From: an uncultured Verrucomicrobiae bacterium
GTDB lineage: Bacteria > Verrucomicrobiota > Verrucomicrobiia > Chthoniobacterales > UBA10450
Length of the DNA: 64,000 nt
Direction of reading: 5' to 3'
Assembly (NCBI GenBank): GCA_963726745.1
Contig: CAVSDR010000006.1
Span: 192,001 to 256,000, forward strand
A model generated the notes under the pieces. That model had not been told where the DNA came from, ran no database searches, and saw only the letters and a program-made list of their open reading frames with translations. This document shows positions 42,852-54,093 of this stretch, one piece after another. Each line of letters opens with the position of its first letter. The stretch's first letter is position 1. A program made the position numbers and the translations under genes.

Positions 42852-43262
42852 TTAGCCTTCCCAGAAAAATTCCGTGGGCCGCTCGATCTCCGGCGGAAGG
42901 CTCTGGTGGACCGGGCAATGGCGCGCCGCATTCTCCAGCAAGGCGCGCTGCGGCGTGCTCGGTGGCAGCGGCAGATGCACCTCCGATGGCAGCGACACGA
43001 TCCGGCGAGGCGCGTCTTTCGACATCCCCTTCTGCACTTTCACGGTCATGCCGCGGACATCGAGCCCATGCTCCTCGGCGGCCATCGCGAGGATCGTGGC
43101 CATGCAAGTGCCGAGCGCAGTCGCGACGAGGTCGGTGGGCGAGAAGGATTCGCCTTTGCCTTTGTTATCGCAGGGGGCATCGGTCGCGAGTTCGTTGCCG
43201 GAGGGACCGTGAGTGGCGGCACAATGGAGCTCGCCGGAGTAGCGGATGGAGATGTCGACCAT
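42852..43262 (-). CDS. OsmC family protein
   Basis: TDAP.DN.GKGESFSPTDL...LGTC, CPVHQSL. Confidence 0.9.
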   Translation of the reverse strand: MVDISIRYSGELHCAATHGPSGNELATDAPCDNKGKGESFSPTDLVATALGTCMATILAMAAEEHGLDVRGMTVKVQKGMSKDAPRRIVSLPSEVHLPLPPSTPQRALLENAARHCPVHQSLPPEIERPTEFFWEG

Positions 43263-43299
43263 GCGCGCAATATGCCGCAGCTTCCGCGGTCGCCCAACG

Positions 43300-43331
43300 A
43301 AAAGGCGGATCGCACTCACATGCGATCCGCC
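43300..43331 (-). terminator. Rho-independent terminator downstream of the PA2169-family gene
   Basis: Perfect 11-bp stem GGCGGATCGCA/TGCGATCCGCC with a 6-nt loop, followed by TTTT on the minus strand. Confidence 0.7.
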
Positions 43332-43358
43332 CCAGTTACGGTTCGTTAGTCTGCGGAC

Positions 43359-43820
43359 TTAGCTGGCGTTCTTCGCCGCATCGCGCAGCGAGCGGATGCG
43401 ATCGTGGGCCTGCTTGACCTCGGCATACTGCTTCGAGACGACATCGCGCGCCGGCCCAGTGAGGGCGTCGCCTTCCATGGCTTTCTTGTATTCGGCCACG
43501 GCGGAATCTTCCCCGCGCTCGCACTCGGCCAGGATTTGGTGATCGTTCCGGCTGGTGATCGCGGACTTCAGATTGATCCAGGCGCGGTGCAGCGCACCCG
43601 CAGTGCTGCTGCTATCCTCCGGATTCGATTCGCCGAGCTGGACGACGTGGCTCTGCAATTCGCCGGCAAATTTCGAACGCTGCAGCGAATATTCGCCCAA
43701 GAGGGTCTTCAGTTGGGAATCGTTGACTGCTTCCGCTGCTTGGCGAAAGCCTTCCTGCCCGTCCTTCAAGGTCTCGATCAGACTGTTGAGGGTGGAAATG
43801 GTTTCTTTGGTTTGGCTCAT
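43359..43820 (-). CDS. PA2169 family (DUF2383) ferritin-like four-helix-bundle protein
   Basis: LNSLIETLKDGQEGF, LHRAWINLK, ECERGEDSA...Y. Confidence 0.9.
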   Translation of the reverse strand: MSQTKETISTLNSLIETLKDGQEGFRQAAEAVNDSQLKTLLGEYSLQRSKFAGELQSHVVQLGESNPEDSSSTAGALHRAWINLKSAITSRNDHQILAECERGEDSAVAEYKKAMEGDALTGPARDVVSKQYAEVKQAHDRIRSLRDAAKNAS

Positions 43821-43918
43821 AATAATAAGGATACGTTTCCCGCGGCCAAACGAGTGCTTCCGGAGCCGCATTTTCTCGCGCGAAGTTGCCTAGGCGCCGT
43901 TCCGCCCTAGCGTCTCCG

Positions 43919-44365
43919 ATGAACAAAACTGCGAAAGATCTGACCAAGGAAGCCCCGCGTAGCCCGAAGACGCGGCTGGGCGGTTACGTGATCCTGGCCC
44001 GCACCCTGGACAAATGCCGCGCGCTCCTCTGGAGCAACATCGGCGACTATCACTTCGATTGCCCGCTCGATAACATTCTGTTCGGCTGGAAAGGTATCGT
44101 CGGCGATGACTTCAAGGCCGCGGTGGAAAAGGGCGCGAGTGACGAGGAAATGGTGCAATGGGTCAACGAGCACGGCGAGAAAAAGACGGCCGAGGAGATC
44201 AAGGCCTGGAGCGACGAGATGGAAACGGTGAACCCCTACGAGAACCCCGAGAAGCGCGAGTGGTTCGTCGAGCAGGTGAAGCCCCACAATCTCGACCCGG
44301 CGAAGACCACGCTCTTCGAGTGGCTCGACGTGGACGACCGCGCGAGCTACCAAGCCGCTGCCTAA
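43919..44365 (+). CDS. DUF5069 domain protein
   Basis: DLTKEAPRSP..RLGGY..L.R..DK.RA...GDYHFDCPLD, ending D.DD. Confidence 0.85.
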   Translation: MNKTAKDLTKEAPRSPKTRLGGYVILARTLDKCRALLWSNIGDYHFDCPLDNILFGWKGIVGDDFKAAVEKGASDEEMVQWVNEHGEKKTAEEIKAWSDEMETVNPYENPEKREWFVEQVKPHNLDPAKTTLFEWLDVDDRASYQAAA

Positions 44366-44419
44366 TTTTCCCGTCGGCGCTAAGCGGAAAGGTCCGCGCG
44401 CACGGCGACATTCGATTGC

Positions 44420-44459
44420 TCAGGGTGCTGGCTAATTAGCCGGCACCCTGAACTTTTTT
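44420..44459 (+). terminator. 32-bp near-perfect palindrome plus T-tract (terminator-like or operator)
   Basis: TCAGGGTGCTGGCTAA|TTAGCCGGCACCCTGA with one mismatch, followed by ACTTTTTT. Confidence 0.55.
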
Positions 44460-46122
44460 ATGGCCCTGTCACTCCATCCGCAGCATCTCAACCGCTACCG
44501 CCAGATCGCCTGGCTCTTCGCGAAATACGGCCGCTCCGACCTGGTCAAGAAGGCCGGCCTGGAAGGCGCGCTCGAGGCCGAGCAGGCCCCGACTCCCAAG
44601 GAAGAAGCGAAAGCGAGCGAGCTCGCGAGCGATCTCGAGCAGCTCGGCCCCACCTTCGTAAAGCTGGGCCAGCTCCTCTCCACGCGGGTGGAGTTGATGC
44701 CGCAGGCTTACCTCGAAGCGCTCGCGCGATTGCAGGACAAGGTGGAGCCGTTTGGGTTCGACGAGGTCGAGAAAATCGTCGCCTCCGAGCTGGGCGTAAG
44801 GCTCTCGAAGGCGTTCTCGGAATTCGAGTCGACCCCGATCGCCGCGGCCTCGTTAGGCCAGGTGCATCGCGCGCGCCTGCGCAGCGGCCAGCGGGTGGCG
44901 GTGAAGGTGCAGCGGCCGGGCATTCGCGAAAAAATGCTCGAGGACCTGGACGCGCTCGACGAGATCGCGGGCTTCCTCGATCGGCATACCGAGGCGGGCG
45001 AGCGTTACGAGTTTGGCCCGATGCTGGAGCAATTCCGCAAGAGCCTCCTGCGCGAGCTGGATTACCGGCAGGAGGCAAACAACCTCGTGACCCTGGGCCA
45101 GCAGCTGGCGGAATTCCCGCGCGTGCTCGTGCCGCAACCGATCGCCGACTACAGCACCTCGCGCGTGCTCACGATGGAGTATGTGCAGGGCCGGAAGATC
45201 ACCGACCTGAGTCCCGCTCGGGCGGATGGAATTCGACGGCGCGGAATTAGCCGACGAGTTGTTCAAGGCCTACCTCCACCAGATTTTAGTCAACGGCTTC
45301 TTCCACGCCGATCCGCACCCGGGAAATGTTTTCCTGACAGACGACTACCGCGTGGCCCTGATCGATCTCGGCATGGTCGGACGGATCATGCCGGGCTTGC
45401 AGGAGCAGCTCCTGCAATTGCTCCTCGCGATCGCCGATGGGCGAGGCGACGAAGCGGCCGACATCGCAATCAAGATCGGCGAAAAGAAAGAGCACTTCGA
45501 CGAGACGGAATTCCGCCGACGCATCGCGGACATCGTGGCCATGCAACAGGGCGCGACGGTCGAACAGATGCAGGTGGGGCGGCTAGTCCTGGAGGTCACG
45601 CAAGTCTCGGCGGAGAGCTCGATCCGCGTGCCCTCGGAGCTGACCATGCTCGGGAAAACGCTGCTTAATCTGGATCAGGTGGGGCGCGCGATTGAGCCGG
45701 AGTTCGACCCGAATGCGGCGATTCGCCGGGAAGCGGGTGAGATTCTCCAGCGCCGCCTGCTCCGGAGTTTATCGCCGGGAAATCTCTTCAGCGGGGTGCT
45801 CGAGTTAAAGGATCTGCTGCAGCGCTTGCCGGCGCGAATCAACAAGATCCTCGACGCGGTCGCGAACAACGAACTCAAGGTCTCGGTCGACGCGATCGAT
45901 GAGAAGACGCTTATCGTCGGCTTCCAGAAAGTAGCCAACCGGATCACCGTGGGCCTGATCATCGCGGCCTTGATCGTGGGCGCAGCAATGATGATGCGAG
46001 TCGACACGAGCTTTCGCATCTGGGGTTATCCCGGCCTCGCGATCCTGCTCTTCCTCGGCGCCGCCGCGGCCGGGATCACGCTGATGATCAATATTTTCTT
46101 TTACGACAAATCCGACCACTAA
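44460..46122 (+). CDS. AarF/UbiB (ABC1) family atypical kinase; frameshift near 45220
   Basis: LGPTFVKLGQ, AAASLGQVH, VAVKVQRP, ELDY..EA; FFHADPHPGN and IDLGM in the next frame. Confidence 0.88.
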
Positions 46123-46142
46123 GTCGGTCCCCAAAACGCTGC

Positions 46143-47753
46143 CTAACGAGGAGTAATCGGCGGAAGGGTGTCTTCGGTATCGCCGGTGTCGATGCCCTGC
46201 TGCAAGCGGCTGTGTTTCACGCCGTAGAGGAAGTAAATCACCAGGCCGATGGCCAGCCAGACAAAGAACCGAACCCAGGTCTCGATTGGCAGGCTGAGCA
46301 TAAGGGCGGCGCAGAAGAAAACACCGAGGCCGGGGAAAAGCGGAACGAACGGAACCCGGAAGGGCCGCGGCCGATCCTTGTCTTTCTTCCGGAGCACGAT
46401 CACGCCGATGCAGACAAGCATGAAGGCGAAGAGCGTGCCGATGTTGGTCAGTTCGGCGAGCGATCCGATGTCGGTGAACATGGCCACGCCACCAACGACC
46501 AGGCCGGTGAGAATCGTGGTGACGTAGGGCGTGCGAAAGCGCGGATGAATCGTGGAGAACCAGCGTGGGAGCAAGCCATCGCGCGACATCGCCATGAAGA
46601 TGCGGGGCTGGCCGAGTTGGAAGACGAGCAAGACCGAAGTGAGGCCGGCGAGGGCGCCCGCGCTGATCAAGGCTTGCGCCCATGGTTTGGCGGCGAAGGC
46701 GGAAGCGACCGCGGCGGAGTCGCCCAGGTAAGCGGTGTATTTCTTCATCCCGGTAAGGACAAAGGACATGAGCACGTAAAGGATGGTGCAGATGATCAGG
46801 CTCGCGATCATCCCGATGGGTAAATCGCGTCGCGGATTTTTGGTTTCCTCGGCGGTGGTCGAGACCGCATCGAAGCCGATGAAGGCGAAGAAAACAATCG
46901 CCGCGCCACTCATGACGCCGCCAAATCCGCTCGGCATAAACGGGTGCCAGTTGCCGGGATTGACCAGAAAAGCGCCGTAGGAAATCACGAAGACTACGAC
47001 CGCGAGTTTGATGATCACGATGGTGGTATTAGCCCGCGCGCTTTCCTTGATCCCGTAAATCAGGAGCACGGTGACGGCGGCGACGATGAAGAATGCTGGC
47101 AAATTAATCGCGAACGGATGCCCGGCGATTACCGGGAGCGTGGTCGATGAGAAATCGCCCAAGGCCGCGCCACCTTTAGCGATCATGGTTTGCGCGCTGG
47201 TGTGATCGCTCACCAGCCAGAGCGGAAATTTTATCCCGATGTTCGCCAGCAACTGCACAAAGTAACCGGACCAGCCAACCGCCACCGCCATGTTGCCGAC
47301 CGCATATTCAAGGATCAAATCCCACCCGATAATCCAGGCGACGATCTCTCCCAAAGTCGCGTAGGAATAAGTGTAAGCCGAGCCGGAGACCGGAATCATT
47401 GAGGCGAGTTCGCTGTAGCAAAGAGCCGCGAAGCCGCAGGCAATCGCCGCGACGACAAACGACAGCGCCACCGCCGGTCCTGCGGCCGGCCGACCGAAGA
47501 CCAGGTCAGTCCCCTGAATCCAGGAGATGAGGAAATTGAGCACCGGCGTGCGGATGATCGATTCGCCGATGCGCGCTGATTCGCCCGCGGCGGCCGTGCC
47601 GGCGAGCGCGAAGATGCCGGCGCCAATGATCGCGCCGATCCCGAGGCAGGTGAGATCGAAGGCTGTGAGCGAGCGCTTCATCAGCCGGTCGGGCGCCTCC
47701 GATTCGCGGATCAGGAGTTCAGGGCTTTTGGAGCGGAAAAATTTCGAGGCCAT
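46143..47753 (-). CDS. APC family amino acid permease (cationic amino acid transporter-like)
   Basis: GAIIGAGIF, CYSELAS.IP.SGSAY, FFAFIGFDAVST.AEE, RPFRVP. Confidence 0.93.
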   Translation of the reverse strand: MASKFFRSKSPELLIRESEAPDRLMKRSLTAFDLTCLGIGAIIGAGIFALAGTAAAGESARIGESIIRTPVLNFLISWIQGTDLVFGRPAAGPAVALSFVVAAIACGFAALCYSELASMIPVSGSAYTYSYATLGEIVAWIIGWDLILEYAVGNMAVAVGWSGYFVQLLANIGIKFPLWLVSDHTSAQTMIAKGGAALGDFSSTTLPVIAGHPFAINLPAFFIVAAVTVLLIYGIKESARANTTIVIIKLAVVVFVISYGAFLVNPGNWHPFMPSGFGGVMSGAAIVFFAFIGFDAVSTTAEETKNPRRDLPIGMIASLIICTILYVLMSFVLTGMKKYTAYLGDSAAVASAFAAKPWAQALISAGALAGLTSVLLVFQLGQPRIFMAMSRDGLLPRWFSTIHPRFRTPYVTTILTGLVVGGVAMFTDIGSLAELTNIGTLFAFMLVCIGVIVLRKKDKDRPRPFRVPFVPLFPGLGVFFCAALMLSLPIETWVRFFVWLAIGLVIYFLYGVKHSRLQQGIDTGDTEDTLPPITPR

Positions 47754-47840
47754 TGCTTATCCTTCGTTCGTTAGGCGGCGGGCGCGTGCGTCGCGCCGCC
47801 GGAAAGTTCGGCGGATCGTCTCACTGCCGCGGCCCGCAGA

Positions 47841-49373
47841 TCAATGACGAAAATGCCGGATGCCGGTAAAGATCATCGCCAGGTCGCGCGCATCCGCGGC
47901 CGCAATCACCTCTTCGTCGCGCACCGATCCGCCCGGTTGGATGGCCGCGCGCGCGCCAGCATCGGCGGCCGCGATCAAGCCGTCGGCAAACGGAAAGAAG
48001 GCGTCGCTCGCAACCGCGCTGCCGGCGAGGGAAAGGCCGGCTTCCTCGGCCTTCCAAATGGCGATGCGCGAAGCGTCGACGCGCGACATCTGGCCGGCGC
48101 CGATCCCAAGCGTGCGATCGGCGGCGGCGTAAACGATCGCGTTCGACTTCACGTTCTTCACCACGCGCCAGCCGAAGAGCATCGCTGCCAGCTCCGCTTT
48201 CGTCGGCGGCCGTTTCGTGACGACTTTCGCTTCCAAATCGGCCAGCTTCTCCCCGAGGTCGCGATCCTGCACCAGCAGGCCGCCGCAGACGGAACGGAGA
48301 TCCATCTCCTCGTCGCGTTTCGTCTCCACCGGCAACGCCCGGATGAGGCGCAGGTTTTTCTTCTTTTGCAGAAGCGCGCGCGCCTCCGCGGAGAAATCGG
48401 GCGCGATGATTACCTCGCTGAAGATCTCGCTGATGGCTTTAGCCAGCGCCTCGTCGATCGGCTGGTTGCAAACGATCACGCCGCCAAAGGGCGCCTGCTT
48501 GTCGGTCGCGAACGCCTTCTCCCAGGCCGCGCGCAGGTTTTCGTCCGTGCCAACGCCGCAGGGATTGGTGTGCTTGAGAATTGCGACCGTCGGCTCGGCG
48601 AACTCCGCGATCAGGTTCGAGGCCGCGCTGATATCGAGAATGTTGTTAAACGAAAGCTCCTTGCCGTGGAGCTTCTCGAAGCAATCGTCGAAATTCCCGT
48701 AGAGCGCCGCGGTCTGGTGCGGGTTTTCGCCGTAGCGCAGGCGCGTGACCAGAGGCAGCGAGATGGAAAACGAGGCATCCGTGGTCTGCTCGCGGTTGAG
48801 GAATTTCGCGATCGTGCGGTCGTATTCCGAGGTCTTGATGAAGGCCTTGATCGCCAACCGCTCGCGGAGTTTCAGCGAAGTCTCGCCTTCGTGATCGCGG
48901 AGCGATTCAAGCACCGTGGAATAGTCAGCGGGATCAACCACGACGGTGACCGACTGGTAATTTTTCGCCGCGCTCCGAATCATCGACGGGCCTCCGATGT
49001 CGATTTGCTCGATCGCTTCCGCCAGGGTCACGCCTTCGCGCGCGATCGTTTTCTCGAACGGATAGAGGTTCACCACCACGAGATCGATCGGCTGGAAGCC
49101 CTGCTCGCGCGCCTGCTGCTCATGCAAGGCGTTGCCGCGCTTGTAGAGCAGGCCGCCGTGCACCCGTGGATGGAGGGTCTTCACCCGGCCCTCGAGCACT
49201 TCGGGGTAATCGGTGAAGCTGGAGATGTCGCGCACTGGCACTTGTTCCTGCCGGAGGAGTTCCGCGGTGCCGCCGGTGGAGATGATGTCGACGCCCATTT
49301 TCTCGAGCGCGCGAGCGAATTCGGCGATGCCAGCCTTGTCGGAGACGGAGATGAGGGCGCGTTTGATTTTCAT
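47841..49373 (-). CDS. purH: Bifunctional AICAR transformylase/IMP cyclohydrolase
   Basis: [42 protein letters not shown]. Confidence 0.97.
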   Translation of the reverse strand: MKIKRALISVSDKAGIAEFARALEKMGVDIISTGGTAELLRQEQVPVRDISSFTDYPEVLEGRVKTLHPRVHGGLLYKRGNALHEQQAREQGFQPIDLVVVNLYPFEKTIAREGVTLAEAIEQIDIGGPSMIRSAAKNYQSVTVVVDPADYSTVLESLRDHEGETSLKLRERLAIKAFIKTSEYDRTIAKFLNREQTTDASFSISLPLVTRLRYGENPHQTAALYGNFDDCFEKLHGKELSFNNILDISAASNLIAEFAEPTVAILKHTNPCGVGTDENLRAAWEKAFATDKQAPFGGVIVCNQPIDEALAKAISEIFSEVIIAPDFSAEARALLQKKKNLRLIRALPVETKRDEEMDLRSVCGGLLVQDRDLGEKLADLEAKVVTKRPPTKAELAAMLFGWRVVKNVKSNAIVYAAADRTLGIGAGQMSRVDASRIAIWKAEEAGLSLAGSAVASDAFFPFADGLIAAADAGARAAIQPGGSVRDEEVIAAADARDLAMIFTGIRHFRH

Positions 49374-49419
49374 GCGAGAGGGAAGCGACGCGCGCGGCGC
49401 GTGCGATCGAGGAAAAAGC

Positions 49420-50349
49420 TCAGCGATCCAGCACGATGTGCTTCGCCATCGGGTAAAGCACCGGGCAGCAGCCGATGGTCTCGCAGAAGGCTTTGCTGAA
49501 ATGGCTCAGGCTGGAGTAGCCCACCTCGGTCGCAGCCTCGGTGACATTGTAGCGCCCGCTGCGCAGGAGTTCGGCCGCGCGCTCCATCCGGAGGTTGCGG
49601 AGGAATTGCGGGATGGTGAGCCCGACTTCGCGAGAAAAAATCCGGCTGAGATGGAACGGGCTGCAGCCGACCTCCTGGCCTAACGACTCCAAAGCCGGCG
49701 GATTCGCCAGGTCGCGCGCGAGCAATTCCTTCGTCCGCTGGACGCGGTCGCGCGAGACGCGCTTTTGCCGCATGCAAAAGAGCTCCGGATCCTTCGGCGC
49801 GAAAAGAAAGTGCGCCATCAGCTCGAGTGCTTTGCTGCGATACCAGAGGCTCTGCGCGGCGCGCGCCACCGGCGGCTCGAGCAAACTGCCGACAAGCTGG
49901 CGTTGCTCGCGGTTCATCAACTGCGGGGTCGAGACCACGTGCTCGTTTTTCTTCGGGAAAACCGCGCGCCGCACGAGCGGCTCGAGTTCACCGGCGCAGT
50001 CTGCCAGTTCCGCCTGCAAGTGCGCGCGGGAAAATTCCAAAGTCACAAACTGGTGGCGATCGTGTGCCCGGCGGGTCGCCGGCAGGGGCTCATCGGCGAG
50101 CGCGTAGTAACCGGCGCTGCCGGAGATGTAATCGCTCGGGGTGCGCGTGCCGACCGCGCCGCGGCCAGTCATGTTGAGGCAAAACTCCACGCTTTGCGGA
50201 CGAAAAGTGTGCCCCCAGTCAAGCGCCTGCTCGGGCCGGAAGTCGTGCCACTCGACGCTCACCCCGTCGCGGGCGAAGTCGCCATAGAGCGGACGCCAGC
50301 CGTGCGGCTGGTTGCGCCAATGGGTGCGCTCTGGCTCCTGCGTGCTCAT
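49420..50349 (-). CDS. AraC family transcriptional regulator
   Basis: C-terminal double HTH (RMERAAELL...[20 protein letters not shown]); ATG at 50349. Confidence 0.9.
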   Translation of the reverse strand: MSTQEPERTHWRNQPHGWRPLYGDFARDGVSVEWHDFRPEQALDWGHTFRPQSVEFCLNMTGRGAVGTRTPSDYISGSAGYYALADEPLPATRRAHDRHQFVTLEFSRAHLQAELADCAGELEPLVRRAVFPKKNEHVVSTPQLMNREQRQLVGSLLEPPVARAAQSLWYRSKALELMAHFLFAPKDPELFCMRQKRVSRDRVQRTKELLARDLANPPALESLGQEVGCSPFHLSRIFSREVGLTIPQFLRNLRMERAAELLRSGRYNVTEAATEVGYSSLSHFSKAFCETIGCCPVLYPMAKHIVLDR

Positions 50350-50398
50350 CCCGCGCAATAAGCCTGCGGGCCACGGGAAATGCAAGACATGCGGCGGC

Positions 50399-51163
50399 TC
50401 AATTGCGATTGAAGAAATCTTCAAACGACCGCTGCACCCGCTCAAAGATGTGCCGCACGCCGTCGCGTCCCTGGCGAAAGACCCGCTTGATCTCAGCTTT
50501 GACGACATTCTCATCGCCCGCGTCTTCGTCGACCGTCTCCTCGTCGACGTAATCATCTCCAGGCGCAATCTCCGTGCGGCGGCGCTCGACTGGTGGCGCC
50601 GCTCCCGGCGCGGGCTCGCCGTTGATCATGTTCGCTCCGCGATAAAGCCCCTCGACGCGCGTGACCGTGCCGCGGCTGGCGTTGATCGTGATCGTGCCGA
50701 GGGACTGCTGCGCTTCATCCAAAACCGTGATCCGCCAGACCGGCACTTCGCGTTCGTTCACCCGCAGGGTGTAGGCGACGGAATGAAAATTTACGTGCGA
50801 TTGATCGGCGGTGTAGCTCGCCACTTTGAAGGCGCCGTCACTGTCGAGATTGAGCTTCGAAGTCGGAAGCGTCGCGCCGTGGCGCGCGCCCTCGGCAGAG
50901 TCGCGCGGCGCACCCTGCCGCAAAATACCCTGCGTGCTCACCTGAATTTCTCGAACGCCGGAGGGGCTTTCGCGGTCTACCAGCAGGATGCTCCAACGAG
51001 TCGGCTGCGGGTCCCCCGCGACCCCAGTGACAGAAATGATGTTCTTGAGCGCGCCACGACCGAGCTGGCGGCCGACCGTTTTCATGGCCTCGTATGCGGT
51101 CAACTGCTGCTCCGCCAGGGCCGAAGAAACAGTCAGCAAGATGAGCAGGAAGACTCTCCACAT
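50399..51163 (-). CDS. Secreted hypothetical protein (PepSY-like repeats, acidic tail)
   Basis: Signal peptide; PVWRITV...ITINASRGTV resembles PepSY. Confidence 0.7.
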   Translation of the reverse strand: MWRVFLLILLTVSSALAEQQLTAYEAMKTVGRQLGRGALKNIISVTGVAGDPQPTRWSILLVDRESPSGVREIQVSTQGILRQGAPRDSAEGARHGATLPTSKLNLDSDGAFKVASYTADQSHVNFHSVAYTLRVNEREVPVWRITVLDEAQQSLGTITINASRGTVTRVEGLYRGANMINGEPAPGAAPPVERRRTEIAPGDDYVDEETVDEDAGDENVVKAEIKRVFRQGRDGVRHIFERVQRSFEDFFNRN

Positions 51164-51259
51164 ACCGACGACACAAAGGCTGCGCCTGCGCGCTGTCCAA
51201 CCGTTTCGTGAATGGAGACTTGAAGAAGCGGTCATGAAAGTTCAGCCTGTGGGCCGTTG

Positions 51260-51661
51260 ATGAAGAAGAAAAAAGTCGAGTTCTCCAGCCACACGGGAAA
51301 TCTCGCCTTGATGCGGCGGTTCGTGCGGCGCTTCCTCGATGGGTATCCGTTTTCCGAGAAGGAGCGCACGCTCATGGTCCTGGGGGTGGACGAGGCCTGC
51401 ACGAATATTATTCGGCACGCCTACCACCTCGCGGAAGACCAGCCGATTGCGCTCTCGCTCGAAGAGAAAGCCGACTGCGTCTGCATGCGCCTGCGCGATT
51501 ACGGCAAGCAAAGTTCGCCGGAGAAAATGCGCGGCCGCGCGCACGATCTGATTAAGCCCGGCGGTCTCGGGTTGCACCTCATTCGCAACGCCTTTGATCG
51601 CGTCGACTACATCCTCAAGAGCCGCGGCACCGAGCTGGTGCTGACGAAGAAGCTCGGTTGA
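51260..51661 (+). CDS. RsbW/SpoIIAB-like anti-sigma factor (HATPase_c)
   Basis: [25 protein letters not shown]. Confidence 0.88.
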   Translation: MKKKKVEFSSHTGNLALMRRFVRRFLDGYPFSEKERTLMVLGVDEACTNIIRHAYHLAEDQPIALSLEEKADCVCMRLRDYGKQSSPEKMRGRAHDLIKPGGLGLHLIRNAFDRVDYILKSRGTELVLTKKLG

Positions 51662-51722
51662 AGTCGCGGGCGCGCGCGAAAATATCCATTCGCCCGCCGC
51701 CTTCCATGCTAAGGGGAAGAAC

Positions 51723-52724
51723 GTGAATCCACCGGTGCCAGATCCCTCGTTCGAAGTCTCGCTGCGGCCGCCGATGTTCAGCGAGTTCACCGGGCAGGCG
51801 AAGGTCTGCGAGCGGTTGGAGCTCTTGGTCGAAGCCGCGAAGAAGCGCGGCGACGTGCTTGAGCACATTCTCTTGAGCGGTCCGCCCGGACTCGGGAAGA
51901 CCACGCTGGCGAACATCATCGCCAACGCCATGGGCGTGAACGTGAAGAATACCAGCGGGCCGGTGATTGAAAAAGCGGGTGAGCTCGCGGGCTTGCTCAC
52001 TTCGTTGGAAAAAGGCGACGTCCTCTTCATTGACGAAATCCATCGGCTGCAGCCGACGATCGAGGAATATCTCTACCCGGCGATGGAGGACTACCGGCTC
52101 GACATCATCATCGACCAAGGGCCACAGGCGCGCTCGCTCCGGCTGCAGTTGCCGAAGTTCACTCTCATCGGCGCGACCACGCGCGCGGGCATGGTGAGTG
52201 CGCCGTTGCGCTCGCGCTTTGGGATGACCGCGCGGCTGGACTACTACGCCGCCGATGAGATGCACAAAATCATCACGCGCAGCGCGGGCCTGCTCGGGGT
52301 GGAGATCGACGACGCCGGCGCCGCAGAAATTGCCGCGCGCACCCGCGGGACGCCGCGCACCGCGAATAATCTGCTGCGCTGGGTGCGCGACTACGCGCAG
52401 GTGAAAGCAGACGGCAAGATCACCGCGGAAATCGCCGATCGCGCCTTGAGCATGCTCGAGATCGATCGCGATGGTTTCGATCAATGGGATAAGCGCGTGA
52501 TCGAAGCGCTGATCCATAAATTCAACGGCGGTCCGGTCGGCTTGAACTCGTTAGCCGTAGCGATCGGCGAGGAAGCCGGCACGCTTGAGGAAGTGAACGA
52601 GCCTTACCTGATCATGGAAGGCTACATCAAGCGCACCCCGCAAGGGCGCGTGGCCTTGCCGAACGCCTACCGCAAGCTCGGCCTGAAGCCGCCAGTCGGC
52701 CCGCAGAGCGAGCTCTTCGGCTAA
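51723..52724 (+). CDS. ruvB: Holliday junction branch migration helicase RuvB
   Basis: [38 protein letters not shown]. Confidence 0.97.
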   Translation: MNPPVPDPSFEVSLRPPMFSEFTGQAKVCERLELLVEAAKKRGDVLEHILLSGPPGLGKTTLANIIANAMGVNVKNTSGPVIEKAGELAGLLTSLEKGDVLFIDEIHRLQPTIEEYLYPAMEDYRLDIIIDQGPQARSLRLQLPKFTLIGATTRAGMVSAPLRSRFGMTARLDYYAADEMHKIITRSAGLLGVEIDDAGAAEIAARTRGTPRTANNLLRWVRDYAQVKADGKITAEIADRALSMLEIDRDGFDQWDKRVIEALIHKFNGGPVGLNSLAVAIGEEAGTLEEVNEPYLIMEGYIKRTPQGRVALPNAYRKLGLKPPVGPQSELFG

Positions 52725-52731
52725 AGCGGAT

Positions 52732-54083
52732 ATGCTGCCCGATTTCTTTCCGGAGACGGCGCGCGTCTTCACTGTTGGCGAGTTTACTCGCGCGGTCCGG
52801 AACACGCTCGAGGAACGGTTTGGCGCCGTTTGGGTGCAAGGCGAAGTCTCGAACTACAAGCAGCACGCTTCCGGGCACCAGTATTTCACGCTCAAGGATG
52901 CGCGCGCGGCCATCGCCTGCGTGGTCTTTCGGAACACGCTTCCGCCGGGCGTCTCGCCGCTGCGCGACGGCGCGCAGGTCCAAGTCTACGGCAACGTGAC
53001 CGTCTTCGAGGCGCGCGGGCAATATCAGTTGAGCGTGCAACTGGTGCAGACGCGCGGCGCCGGTCTCCTGCAGGCGAAGTTCGAGGCGCTCAAGCGCAAG
53101 CTCGAGGCCGAGGGGTTGTTCGCGCGCAAGAGAGCGCTGCCTAAATTTCCGCGCCGCATCGGCATCGTCACCTCGCCGAATGGCGCGGCCATCCGCGACA
53201 TGCTCAACGTGCTCCAGCGCCGCGCGCCCTCGGTCGAAATCCTGGTCAATCCCGTGCGCGTGCAGGGCGTCGGCGCGGCCACGGAAATAGCCGTCGCTTT
53301 GCGCGAGCTCTACACGGCGAACCAGTCCTGGGCGCCGCTCGATTTGCTGGTGGTAACACGCGGCGGCGGGAGCATCGAAGACCTCTGGGAGTTCAATGAG
53401 GAGATCGTGGCCCGCGCGATCTTCGATTCGCCGATCCCGGTGGTGAGCGCGGTGGGGCATGAGGTCGATTTCACGATTGCCGATTTCGTGGCTGACTTGC
53501 GCGCGCCCACGCCGAGCGCCGCCGCGGAATTGATCGTGCCGGATGTGCTCGAGGTCCTGCGCCGGGTCGATGAACTTGCTGTCTGTCTGGACCGCAACCT
53601 CCGCAATTTCGTGACTCAAAACCGCTTGCGCCTGCGCGCGCTCTCGGAGAAAGCGCTCGCGCGCGAGCTGACCCAGCGGCTGCGCGAGGCGAACCAGCGC
53701 CTCGACTTTGCGCGCGACGCGCTCCCGCGCGCGGCCCGCCGTGTTCTGCTCAGGAAGAACGCAGCCGCCTAACGACTCAAGCTCAGCAGGTGCAGGCGCA
53801 AAATCCCGCACGTGAAGTCGTCGCCTGTCGCGAGCGCGCGCTCGAATTGCAACGCCGTTTGGCGGTCTCGCCCGCGGCTGCTTTGGCGCAGGCCAGGCAG
53901 CGCTTCCGCCAGGGCGAAGGGATGCTGCGCGTGCTCGGGCCGGAGGCGACGCTCGGCCGCGGCTACAGCATCACCACCGCCACAGACGGCAGGATCATCC
54001 GCAGCGTTGCGGCCGTGGCCACCGGTGCGCGCGTGCGCACGCGGCTGGCCGATGGGACCTTCGAGGCGGAGGTGATCGCGTAG
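52732..54083 (+). CDS. xseA: Exodeoxyribonuclease VII large subunit; frameshift near 53745
   Basis: GEVSN...SGH.YF.LKD, RGGGSIEDLW.FN, SAVGHE.D, RAPTPSAAAE; L.RGYSI in the downstream frame. Confidence 0.92.
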
Positions 54084-54093
54084 CCCGTAAAGG

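Noticed and set aside
45700..47750. Slightly lower-GC stretch as a horizontally acquired island
   Set aside because: Explained by hydrophobic membrane-protein composition; no mobility genes or flanking repeats, and it still carries the host motif (46143).
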